DNA of 64,000 bases, from the NCBI GenBank assembly GCA_030264375.1, contig JASCQW010000099.1, forward strand, positions 57,108,219-57,172,218, in the 5' to 3' direction. Under the pieces are notes generated by a model. The model saw only the letters and a program-made list of their open reading frames with translations, did not search any database and was not told the origin of the DNA. This DNA is from Carcharhinus longimanus. Its lineage: Eukaryota. Made by a program: the position numbers and the translations under genes. How positions within the stretch are numbered: position 1 is the stretch's first letter; every line of letters begins with the position of its first letter. Of the stretch, positions 25,387-36,800 are shown in pieces.

Positions 25387-25555
25387 CATAGAATCATACA
25401 GTGCAGAAGCAGGCCATTTGGCCCATCGAGTTTGTGCCGACTCTGAAAGAGCATCCTACCTAGACCCTATCCTTGTAACCCCCAGCTAATCACCCTCACC
25501 TGCAAAATTTGGGACTTTAGCGTGGCCATTCAACCTAATCTGCACATCTTTGGAT
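25387..25555 (-). mobile_element. V-SINE 3' fragment
   Basis: catagaatcatacagtgcagaagcaggccatt...tttagcgtggccattcaacctaatctgcacatctttgga. Confidence 0.8.
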
Positions 25556-27370
25556 TTCCTTTGGTTGTTCATACTGAATTCTAATTTGGAACAAAATATG
25601 ATTTGCCATTTTAATGCTAGTTAATTTCATGACCAAATAAGACTCTTTATTGCATATTCAAACAGCATATATTTGAATAGATTACTTTTTATGGCCCTCG
25701 ACAGCAATATTTCAACGATGGAAATAAAAGTGATTTGTTACTTGCGTCAGTAACTGTCTTTTGCAAAGGCAGATGATCAGTACATGCCACTTTGCATTTT
25801 ATTTGTGACTGTGTAGCTAATGAAAAGCTGTGCAAACATAAATACTTCTGCCAGGAAAACTTTCCATCAAACATTTGGTGTCACGCTTTACATGCAAATT
25901 TCTTTTAGCAGAATGGCTCAAATTTCACATTGGTAAAACACCCTGGAGATAGGAATGAAGCTGGTAGAACTCAGAAAAATTACGTGAAAGTCATCAAATC
26001 ACATCTACATAGCAAAACCTTTGAACTCTTCCTGATTTTATCACTGCTGGGTAAAACAGTTATATTAAAGGAATTTGTTGACAGTTTGCATGTATAACAA
26101 AAAGAATCATAATGTTTCTAAATTATTCACTAAGTGGTTATAGTAGCTGCTTGAACTTAGTTGTTTATACTGAAAAACTAAATAATTGTTCATATAAAAA
26201 GTAGTAGCAACTTTTGGAAGGGATGTATTATTCGAATTTGGAAGGATGTTTGGAATAGATACCTGCAAATTTTAATTAATAGAGGCAACTTGCCTGGGAG
26301 AGTTGAGAGATGAAAGGGGTAAAAGGTGCTATATGCACACATTTACAGTCAGAGATCACACTGAAGTAGATTTAGAAGTAAATATTTTTAGAAATTTGCT
26401 TTAGGAGATAGATAAGGACTGGACTTCTCAGTTGTTAAACTTGAAAGGGAGTAAGGAATTTTTATAACTTGCAAACATTTCATAAATAAAGAGGAGAAGG
26501 TTATTAAATTTCATTTAACCCAAAAGTGGAGGTAATTAGAAAACAAGAAAGATTTTTGCAGTTTGGAAAATTGGAATTCAAAGACGGGTGCTGAGGACAC
26601 AGAATTGAAGATGAAAGGAAAAAAAGGATACTTAAGGAAAGGTATTGAGCTGAATTGTGTTGGCCTTTGGGAATACAAAAGGGAGAATAAAAACATGCAT
26701 CCCAAATTACACCATCTCAAGTGCTACCTTATCATGCACCAAATTAGCAAACTAAATTGACAAGTGTATGCTCATCTATTTAAATATATGAAAATTGAAT
26801 GAAGTTTAGCATTTAAAGGAACAAATAGCAAACCACAGCTCGAGGGTATAACAGGCAGTTTAACCGACCTAACAGCAGGACCTGTGACATCCTTTTATAG
26901 TGAACCAATATTTTAATCCTATTATAATTCATTACAGATCCAAAGCACCTATAAAATCACAGCATGAAAATGAGTTCAGGAATGAAAAGCAAAGCCACCA
27001 GTGCAGTAAGGGGCCACAGACGAATACAAACTAAATCTGGAACAAGACAGTGTGGAGAAGCTTTTGAGGGAGATCTCACAATTCAAAATTTCATAAAACT
27101 AAGGAAGTGAAAAAACAAACAAACCATTGAAATAAACAAAATGCCTCAACTTTTAAGAAACACAGGCTTCCCCCCCTTTATACTGTACTTTACATGCAGT
27201 GAGGTTTTCAAATGGTTTTTTGATTGAGCACATCTAATGCAAACTTTAACTGATAGTGTGCCGAATATGACCAACACAAGTTCCAGAATTCCAATGCTTT
27301 TCAAAATCTAGAGTTTTCTATTGTGTTAACAATATAGCTCCTTACTTATTGGGATAAAGTGGGTCAGTAC

Positions 27371-27417
27371 CTGAGTTCAACAGAAGGTTCCGATGGCTTG
27401 ACGTCAGTCAGAGAAAT
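27371..27417 (-). CDS. TRERF1: TRERF1 coding exon 2, 47-nt micro-exon (ISLTDVKPSEPSVEL-S)
   Basis: Acceptor tttctcttccag|ATT, donor AG|GTACTG. Phase 0 to 2 exactly bridges exon 1 and exon 3. Same length as the recalled human segment MHLPDGRAQPGSPESS. Confidence 0.8.
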
Positions 27418-27989
27418 CTGGAAGAGAAATATACAACAGATATTTCCAATAGCTTCAGAATATTAATTTCTAAACAATGCAACGTCCTCAGCTTTGGACA
27501 ATAAATCAGAGTACTGTCTGAGGAGCAACAATCACCATCGGACTGCAGTTCCATTCTGCATTTTTGGCTGGGTCTTCCTGATTAAAAAACCTTTGTTGAG
27601 GGGGTCCTGGGGAGAAGCAGAATTCTCCATCGCAAGTTCAAACTTCCTGGAAAATTCCAACGGAGTCCATGTGTCGCGACCCCTGCAGGTTCCCAAAGTG
27701 CATCTTGCGGGGGTACACCCAGTTTCCAACTATCCTGAAGCAGGAAAATCTGAGTCATTACTTTACCACAAGGGAACAAATGTAGCTCCCGGTGTTCAGT
27801 AAGGAATTTTGTCTAAGTGATGGACATTTTTTATTTCATCACTTGCTCATGTTCTGTATGGGTACCTTCCCACCAAAGAACATGCCCATTTTCAGTCCAG
27901 CTCTGCCCACTGGGACATTATTAGAGTCCAGTTGTTTCACTAAAATAAAAATTTGAACAAGTTAATGGGCCATTGCTCAGTATAAATAT

Positions 27990-28340
27990 GACATTCAGAT
28001 GTGGGAGATGCAAGGTTCAATCCTCAGGCTATGCTGAGTTAGTTAACCTCACTTTGGGGTGGCAGGTGGGACAATGACAAATGTTCCCAAAACTTCTGGA
28101 ACAGGGAGAAGGTCATAAAGAATTGTCACTCTCCATTTCTATCCAGTGGTCCCTATCAAATGTCTGTGCATTTTATCTAAGGTTAACAGGATAGAATGAT
28201 TTCATCCCAGTTCTACCACCCAATCTCTGCTAGCACAAAAAAACCCCACAAACACTCAAGTGGCCAGGCTTATCCATCAAGAACAGACATATGTGCAGGG
28301 TACTGGGCCTGCACCATATCATGTGCCTTGTGCTTTTAAA
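27990..28340 (+). mobile_element. Old SINE-like repeat (family 3)
   Basis: ggttcaatcctcaggctatgctgagttag B-box-like head; similarity to 24725 and 51470. Confidence 0.45.
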
Positions 28341-28754
28341 GGGCAAGTAAATAAATTGGAAGAAAAGCACTGAAAATATTTCCTTTTAATCACAGGAAAA
28401 AGTTAATTCACATTACCTTTAAAAAGGTGTGTAGTTGCCAAAACAGACGTCAGAATTTCCATTATGGGGAGTTTTTATATGAACAGCGCAAGTTTGGTTG
28501 TTGAGGATCAGGCAAATGTTTAAGATAGAAATAGAAATAAAGATCCAAAAATAGATGTGGGTATTGAAATAGGTAAGAAATATGTACAGAAAGATAGAAA
28601 TTTAAAGTAATGTACTGAAATAATCAAAATATGTAATGTATATATTACACGTAAACAACTTGAAATACATCATCTGCAGTTGTGTAAAAACAAAATAAAA
28701 TCAAAACATGAATTAACTATTTTGAGAGTTAGTGAACTGCAAAACATTTTTAGC

Positions 28755-29485
28755 CTTGGACTGATGTGACAAGTAACATTTGTGCTGGACAAATGCTAGG
28801 CAATGAACATCTCCAACAACAGAGAATATCTAACCATCGCCCCTCGGCAGTTAATGGCATTACCATCACCAAATCTTCCACTAACAACATCCAGGGGTTA
28901 TTATTGACAAGGAACTGAAACGAACTAACTATTTAAATACGGTGGCATGGGAGCAACTCACCTCCTGACTCCCCAGAACTGTCCATTATCTACAAGACAC
29001 AATTCAGGAGTTGGATGGAATACTTTCCACTTGCCTGGATGAGTGCAGCTCCAGCATTCAAGAATCTCAATACCGTCCAGGTCAAAGCAACCTGCCTGAC
29101 TGGCATTCCATTCAGCACTGAAGAATTTACTCTCTCCACCACCCATGCACAATGACAACAGTGTGTACCATCTAAAAGATGCAATGCAGCAACTCATCAT
29201 GGCACCTCTGACAGCAGCATCCATATCTGCAACCTCTACCACCTATAAAGGCAGCAAATACATGGGAACAAGTTCTCTTCCATGCCACACCATCCTGACT
29301 GGAAATATATCACCATTTCTTCACTGGCGCTAGGTCAAAACACACAGTTGGGGTAGAGGGTACCTGCACCACATGGAGTGCAGCAGTTCAAGAAGGCAGC
29401 TCATCACCATCTTCAAGGTCAATTAAGGATGAGCAACAAATGCTGGCCTAGCCATTGGTGCCCACATCCCATGAAAGAATAAAAA
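28755..29485 (+). mobile_element. LINE family B 3' fragment
   Basis: Forward copy encoding EYFPLAWMSAAP; tail aaatgctggcctagccattggtgcccacatcccatgaaagaataaaaaa. Confidence 0.85.
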
Positions 29486-30294
29486 ACATCACCACCAAGC
29501 AAAATCTAGCAACTTACCTGAGTGGTGAAGTTCCAGAATTCAACTTCCACAGAAAATCTGGACAACCCTTAGCTGCTTGAAGACAGACCAGGGAAGATAC
29601 GGTCATTTGTTCTGCAGGAGCAGCTCAAACTGTGACTCTGATCATCCAAGTCAGATCATCGGCCATATACTGAACTTCTTCCCTGAGATCTCCATTGCTG
29701 GTGGCTCTACAACCATTTGCACTCCATCAGCTGAAGCCGTTGATGTTGAATCAAAATGATCAATTCAAGTTCTAACAACTTCCTTAGCTATATGAACAAA
29801 AAAATCTGATTCAATCTCTGTTTCTGATTAATTCGATGAAAGAAAACACCTTTTATAGCACCTCCCAGCCAAAAATATTGGACATTGTTCCAATCTCCAA
29901 GTGGATGGTGGAATGCAGGAGGAAAACAGAAAAGGGTTTTGATACAGCTAAATGTTTCCAGGCATTAAACCAGATTTGACAACTTGAGTGAAAAAAGTTG
30001 CTCAAGTCAGGGATAAGAACGCAAAAAACCACAATCCACCCTGGATCAGTTGTAGCTGTAAGATATATTGATAACGGTAACAGAAAATGATATCAAGTTC
30101 ATTCTTTCGTCCTATGCACCGGGTGGGAAAAAGTGTAAGTAGTAAAATGGTTTTAGGAAAAGGACAGAGGAGACAAATGTGGAACGAGGGATGTGGACAG
30201 AGTTTGAGATGGCCAACTCAAGTGACTGGCTTATTTCTCAAAGCTTCAAAAAAAGACCTAAAGTTCATTTGAAATTCTATTTTTTTTGGTTAAG

Positions 30295-30627
30295 TCATAG
30301 ATCATAGTACCCTACAGTGCAGAAACAGGCCCTTCGGCCCATCGAGTCTGCACCGACTACAATCCCAGCCAGGCCCTATCCCCATGTCCCTACACATTTA
30401 CCCACTAATCCCTCTAACCTACACATCCCAGGACACTAAGGGACANNNNNNNNNNNNNNNNNNNNNNNNNNNNNNNNNNNNNNNNNNNNNNNNNNNNNNN
30501 NNNNNNNNNNNNNNNNNNNNNNNNNNNNNNNNNNNNNNNNNNNNNACAGTGACCCGGGCCGGGAATTGAACCCAGGACCCTGGAGCTGTGAAGCAGCAGT
30601 GCTAACCACTGTGCTACCGTGCCGCCC
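30295..30627 (-). mobile_element. Young V-SINE spanning an assembly gap
   Basis: Intact head gggcggcacggtagcacagtggttagcactgctgcttcacagc on the minus strand; 100-N gap inside. Confidence 0.9.
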
Positions 30628-31786
30628 AGTCACTGTTAGTTTAGCCTGTACCTTATTTGATACAAGTCCAGAACATGGGCTTGTAAAGAGAAACACATCT
30701 CTCTTCATTAGTAACTATGACAACGTAGACTCCAGTCCTAGGAAGAAGTGTGCCACAGAGCAATCAAATTCTCTGCAATGCTTGCTTTTCAATAGTTAGT
30801 GTTAAATTATCGCAAACACGATAAATGTTGACACAAGGCACTTATCACAGCACTGGGGCTTTTGTCTTAAGGGGAAGATGGAGGAAAGGCAAATACATGT
30901 GTGATACATGTGTGCCAATTCAAGGTCACAATAAACATTTAAGTTGCAACTATGAATAGTTACATCAATTTCGGAAAATGGCTTTTTGAAAAAAAAATCC
31001 TGTAGGTGCAATGTTCTGCTCCTGTTGTTGAATTATTATTGCCAGGCAATAATACAATTTTCTATTACAAAAATCAGAAGCCAGACACTGTAGCTTGTAA
31101 CAAATATCCAATTGCCCGTGTAACAAAATGTTTAACCCCCTAAATTTGTGGGGTTGGCTTTGAGTGCTTCTTTCTCCAGGAACTTTAAACAGTGAAATTA
31201 ATTGCTTAGAGAGTAAATTCAGCTGACCAGAAATGTTGACACAAACTGGTTTTGACAACCAGCCTGAATAACAACCAACAGCTTTAGCAACTGGATAGTT
31301 TTGTCCAGAACAAATGACTGCACAACTGTCAAACCCCAATCCACCCCCATGTTAAGGTGACATGAGTTAGCGCAAGAATTGCAAAGCCCCTCTTCCTGTC
31401 TACTGCGTTGTATGTACCAAGTGAAAATTTCCCCAACTTGTATCTTAATACTTAACATTAAATAGGCAATTTGAAGATCCATCTAAAACTCTCGTTGGTC
31501 CTGCTGCTTCTGTCATCTGTTTCCTACTTATAGCTCACGTATACCTGCTGCAGATAAAACATACCCCTGTAGGCTTTAAGATGCATCAAATTTTAGTTGA
31601 GGTAATTTCAAATAATTCGCTGTTGCAAGTGCTCTGCACAACAGCAATTTCATAAGCTGTCTGTCGAACTGTATACACACACATTCCACTAAATTTTCAC
31701 TCAGGGTGTCACACAAAATAGGTGGTGTTAAAGAAAAACTTTGGGAAATACAATTTTAATAACTAAAGTGTAGACTTTTTTGAAGT

Positions 31787-34020
31787 TATAATATTTATTT
31801 CAATTCCAAAATTAAGCTGATCTGGAAACATTAGCAATGATCTCAGTTTAATGTCATATTTTGTGTGACCACAGAATGTAAATCTGGGGAGCGGGTATGA
31901 GCTGCTAAGCAGGTTGTGGGGAGGAGGCTTCAGTTACACAGCTTGCACAATTATTACTGTGCGGAAAACTAGAAGTCACTAAATACTTGCAATAACCTTA
32001 ACTGAAATTTGATATATTGTAAAATCTACATTGTAAATTGAACTTGTGGATAATTAACTTGTTATAGTTCTCTTTATAACTCTGTGCTGCTTAGCTGCAT
32101 AAAATCTTGAAGCTCCATTTCAACATGCACAGGACATTTGATGTAATACATGACTGCAAATTACACACAAACAGGCTTGATGATAAATCAAGACAATAGG
32201 ATTTCAGTTATACACAGAAAATACCAGTGTACTATATAGTCGTAACGGTTTTTTCTCTTCCACAAAAATGTTGTGGCTCATAGAACATTTAGTAAGTCTG
32301 GATATATACTCAAAACTGTGGTATGTATAGCTGTCAGATTTAAATTGATTGGCACGAGTTTTGGCTTTGCAAGAGGTTACAAGCTTGAATACACCTTAAT
32401 AACAGATCTGGGTTTGTGTTGGTTCGATATTGACTGAGTTGGGGAGAGTTGATGAAATGGCAGGGTTTACTCAAAAGGAAAGCAAACATCTATCTTCACA
32501 TTGACTTTTTTTTTCAGCAGCAAATCTTGCCTCAAAGTAATCACATCCACCAACTGGAAAAACGCATGAGTTAAAGGGGCTTTGCAGCTTTCAGCTGGAT
32601 CGAGGTTCACAGCAGCCACTGCCACTTTGAAGCTCACAATCCCAATGGGAAGTCTTATGTTACCAAATTGCCAAAGCAATATATTTGGAAACATAGTACA
32701 GATAAGCTTTTGCTTCAATTGTGCTTCAAAGTTTTCAGCAACAATCATACAGTTGACGTATTGTGAAACAACCCAAATGCAAACAGCTCATGAGCTCTTT
32801 GCACTTGGGTTGGAGACTGTTGTTGTTTCTGTCTTCCATTAGCCCATTGGGGCAAATGTCCTCGAAAGCTGCCTCTTGCATCTTTGTCTCCTTGCTTTCC
32901 AATTTCCACTCATGCCCTCTCCTAAGCTCAAATTCAACACGAGACCCACTCCTGCTCTCTGTGCTTTTGGCTCCATGTCCATTAAACTGCTGACCACCCA
33001 ATTTTTCTTCCTGGGTTCCATGTTGGCTGATATTGTTAATGATTCGCCTTGATTCAAATGTTGTCTCTCCCTCCTTAAAGTATTATATTTATAATATTTA
33101 TTTCAATTTCAAAATGAAGTTGATCTGGAAACATTAGTAATGACCTCAGTGTAACGTCCTGTGACCGCAGGATGTAAATCTGGGGAGTGGGTATGAGCTG
33201 TTAAGCAGATTGTGGGGAGGAGGCTTCAGTTATACAGCTTGCACAATTACTACTGTGCAGAAAACTAGAAATCACTAAATACTTGCAATAACCTTCACTG
33301 AAATTTGATATATTGTTAAATCTACATTGTAAATTGGACTTGTGAATAATTAACTTGTTATAGTTCTCTTCATAACTCTGTGCTGTTTAGTTGCATAAAA
33401 TCTTGAAGCTCTATTTCAGCATGCACAGGACATTTTATATAATACATGACTGCAAATTACACACAAACAGGCTTTATGATAAATCACAACAATAGGATTT
33501 CTGTTATACACAGAAAAGATCAGCGTGGTATATAGTCGCAATGGTTTTTCCTCCTCTACATAAATGTTACAGCTCATCGAACATTTAGTAAGTCTGGATA
33601 TATACTCAAAGCTGTGCTATGTATAGCTGTCAGATTTAAATTGATTGGCACAAGTTTTGGCTTTTGCAAGAGTTTGCAAGTTGATCCACACCTTAATAAC
33701 AGAGATCTGGGTTTGAGATGGTTAGATATTGCTTGGGGAGATTTGATGAAATGGCAGGGTTTATATAGAAGGAAAGAAAACATCTATTTTCACACTGGCT
33801 TTTTTTGCAGCAACAAACTTGCCTCAGAATCAATCCATCAAATGAAAAAAAACATGGTGTTAAAGGGGCCTTGCACCTTTCAACTTTCCAGTTGGATCAA
33901 GGTTCACAGCGGCCATTGCTGCTTTGGAGCTCACCACCCAACTTTGCTTCCTGGGCTCCATATTGGCCAATATTGTTAACTGTTCCCTTTGATTCAAGTG
34001 TTGTCCCTCTCTCCCTTAAT
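31787..34020. repeat. Diverged tandem duplication, unit 1 ~31787-33080 and unit 2 ~33089-34020
   Basis: Both units start ttataatatttatttcaatt..aaaat.aag.tgatctggaaacattag and stay colinear; unit 2 lacks ~32638-32994. Confidence 0.95.
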
Positions 34021-34149
34021 TTGCTGCCATTACCATTCTCTTTAAAAAAATTGACCCCATCGTTCTTGTAAACTAGCACTTGATCTCCAACCTGTCTTTC
34101 CTCTTCCACAAGTACTCAAAAGATCGCTCAATGTTTGAATCACGCTAAT

Positions 34150-34640
34150 CGGGTTTATTGCCCTGCCACAGTATCGAAACAATGCATCAAAATTACAAGT
34201 GACAAACATAAACTTTCCCTCCTCGCCCCTCTCGACCCTGTCTGCAGTCTTTGGCCTGGCTGAATAAATCATCCTCCTCCAACGCCTCTCCAAGTTGTCT
34301 AGCTACATGGGATAGTTCTCACTCAATTCCATTTTTTATCTCTCTAATCCTAGCCAGAGTATCACTGCAATGCCTTCTCCGCTGCTCCCATACTGTTACC
34401 TCTGGTGACTCTCAAGGATTTCTCCATGGACCCTTGTCATTTTCAGTCACATACAGCCCCTCACTGACATCAATCAAAAGCACAGCAGTCATTTCCACAT
34501 GCATGCTGCTAACATCCAACTTTACCTCACTACCAGACTGACTGCTTATTCAATATTCAGTACCTGATGAGAAATTCCCTCCAGTTAAATATTGGGAAGA
34601 CTGAAGCCATTGTTTTGGGTTCCTGATCCAAACATCAATC
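34150..34640 (+). mobile_element. L2 LINE reverse-transcriptase fragment
   Basis: Decayed RT motifs PCHSIET (consensus HSTETAL), LLAPLD.SAVF (LDLSAAF), TSGDSQG (SGVPQGS). Confidence 0.75.
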
Positions 34641-36119
34641 CCTGGCTATGGACTCCGCATAAGAAATGGAAGAAAATGTATAAACGGTCAAGGAACAAAA
34701 ATTACGATGAGAAGAGGAAAAAAGAAAAGATAAAGAAAGTTAACTTACAGTGTGAACAAAATGAGATCAAGTCACTTGATGCACAGTCCAACTTGGAAAA
34801 TGGTGCAAAAGAAAATGAAGTGATGCCACCACTAGGATCAAAATGACTCCCAACTAAAAGCTCCACATTATTAGCACCAATCGTCTTTTGATACTGCAAA
34901 TTAAACTGCAGCTTGTATCAATAAAATCTAAGGAAAGTGAAAGTCAATTTTGTTGTAGAACTAAACTGTTCGCAAGCACAGCATAAACTATGATTTTGTG
35001 CCAGTATGTCATTCTTTTCCAAAGCGATGGCTTGTGTAGATCTCAAAAGTCAGCCGTTTTGCTTTCACCTTCATAAACAAGATAGCTACCTTATTTGTCA
35101 AAAAAAAGTTATACTAAATGATTTTAATATCATGACTGTTAAACTTCTACCTTTTTCATATGCTATACCAAAACTGATCATTTAACACTAATCAAAAATA
35201 TTTCTTACCCTCAAGACTAAATGCAGTACTTGACATCTGTGTGTTACTAAAGTATTAAGTTCCTAATTTCTGTCAGAAAAAAAAATTCCCATTTGACATC
35301 TGGCTTCAAATGACATCCAAAGAGTTGTGAATGCTAGGTCATTGAATAAATTTGATGTTGGGATAAACAGGTTTTTGGTGTCTCAGGGAATTAAGGAATA
35401 ATGGGAGCAGCAGGGAAGTCCAGTTGAGCCATAATTGCACTGAATAGTGCAGTAAACCTGACAGGTCACATGGTCTACTCCAGCTCCTATTTCTTGTGTT
35501 CTAATGTTAACAAGAAACGTTCAAATGTTTTTCTTTGGAAAGAGAAAAAGTGCAAAAGAGGCATGTTTTCTTGTAATTACACTGGTGAAACATAACATGA
35601 TTACATATTTCAGTGCAATCTCTTACATCATATTGCATGATTCCAAGCAAATGACAAGGGAAAGCTTTGGTCAGTGGGACAAGAAAACATGGATAAATTT
35701 GTTAACATATACATGATACATAGTGCTTATACAATGTGGAGTGTGTAATTATGATCGGTTAAGATCTAAAAAGTATTTGAAGTTGCAAGATCTCTCAGCA
35801 GCCTCTTTAAAACCAATTCTGATTGTTTCAATTAACATCTTGACCTTGCTTCAATGAAAGATGGAATGACAGTAACATGTAAATTAAGGGACTTTATAAA
35901 TGGAGTAGCTGTGTAGAGGAGAAACAAAGACCAGAGAATCAGCTTAAGTTTTTAAACCATAATGCACATCAATGCATTATTTTATATGACAAGGAGTTAA
36001 TAACTAAATGGAGTATCAATTTTGTGCAAAAGGAGAAGAGATTCAATAAGGGAAGCATCACCACTAATTTGTTGCAAATGCAACAGTGGACTAGATGACA
36101 CCAACGATATCATCCACAA

Positions 36120-36800
36120 ACAGGAGTTTGCTTACAGCCAATATGAACATGTTAAAGGCAAGATGTGTCTGACAAACCCGATTGTGTTATATCACAAAAT
36201 AACAAAAAAGACAGTTTATTTGTGCTGGAGATGGACTTTGAAAAGATATTTGATAAAGCGACACATAATAGATTTTTTTAGCAAAATTGAAGCTCGTCAG
36301 ACCAAAGGTTTGGTGATATCATAGATACAAAACTGGGTAAGAGAAAAAGGCAGGGGTGAGTGTTTTTCCAGACTAGATGCAAGTATGCAGTGGTACTCAC
36401 CAGGAGCTGGTATTAGATCCACTGTATTTTTTCCTCATACAAATTATGAGGAGGAATAGGGCATACAGAGTACAATTTCAGTCCGCAGATGACATGAAAT
36501 CTGGAAATGGACTAAAATGAGGAGGCTAACACCAGACCATAAGAGATGAGATAGTGCAAAAGAATGGTGTGATGTATTATGGGAAGAGGTGGTGGTGAAG
36601 CAATATAAATTATTTTAAAAGGTGGCACAACAAATTGATAAAGCTGTTCTAAAAAATGTTTGAAAATTGTTGGATTTATAATTAAAGGCATGGAGTATAA
36701 AAGCAAGCATGCTCTGCAAAATCTTGGTAGCTCAGTGGTTAAGTAATAGTGCAGTATTGAGTTCTTGGTCTTGCACTGCTGAGTGCTCCTGTGATGTAAC
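36120..36800 (+). mobile_element. CR1 RT fragment, decayed
   Basis: VKGKMCLTN, atggactttgaaaagatatttgataa (DF.KAFD) and gcagatgac (ADD) remnants. Confidence 0.7.

Noticed and set aside
26040-26290. L1/Tx1 ORF2 C-terminal remnant
   Set aside because: Only faint motif resemblance; not supportable without a profile search.
34042-34293. 83-aa minus ORF as a pseudogene
   Set aside because: Mostly the antisense of an L2 RT fragment.
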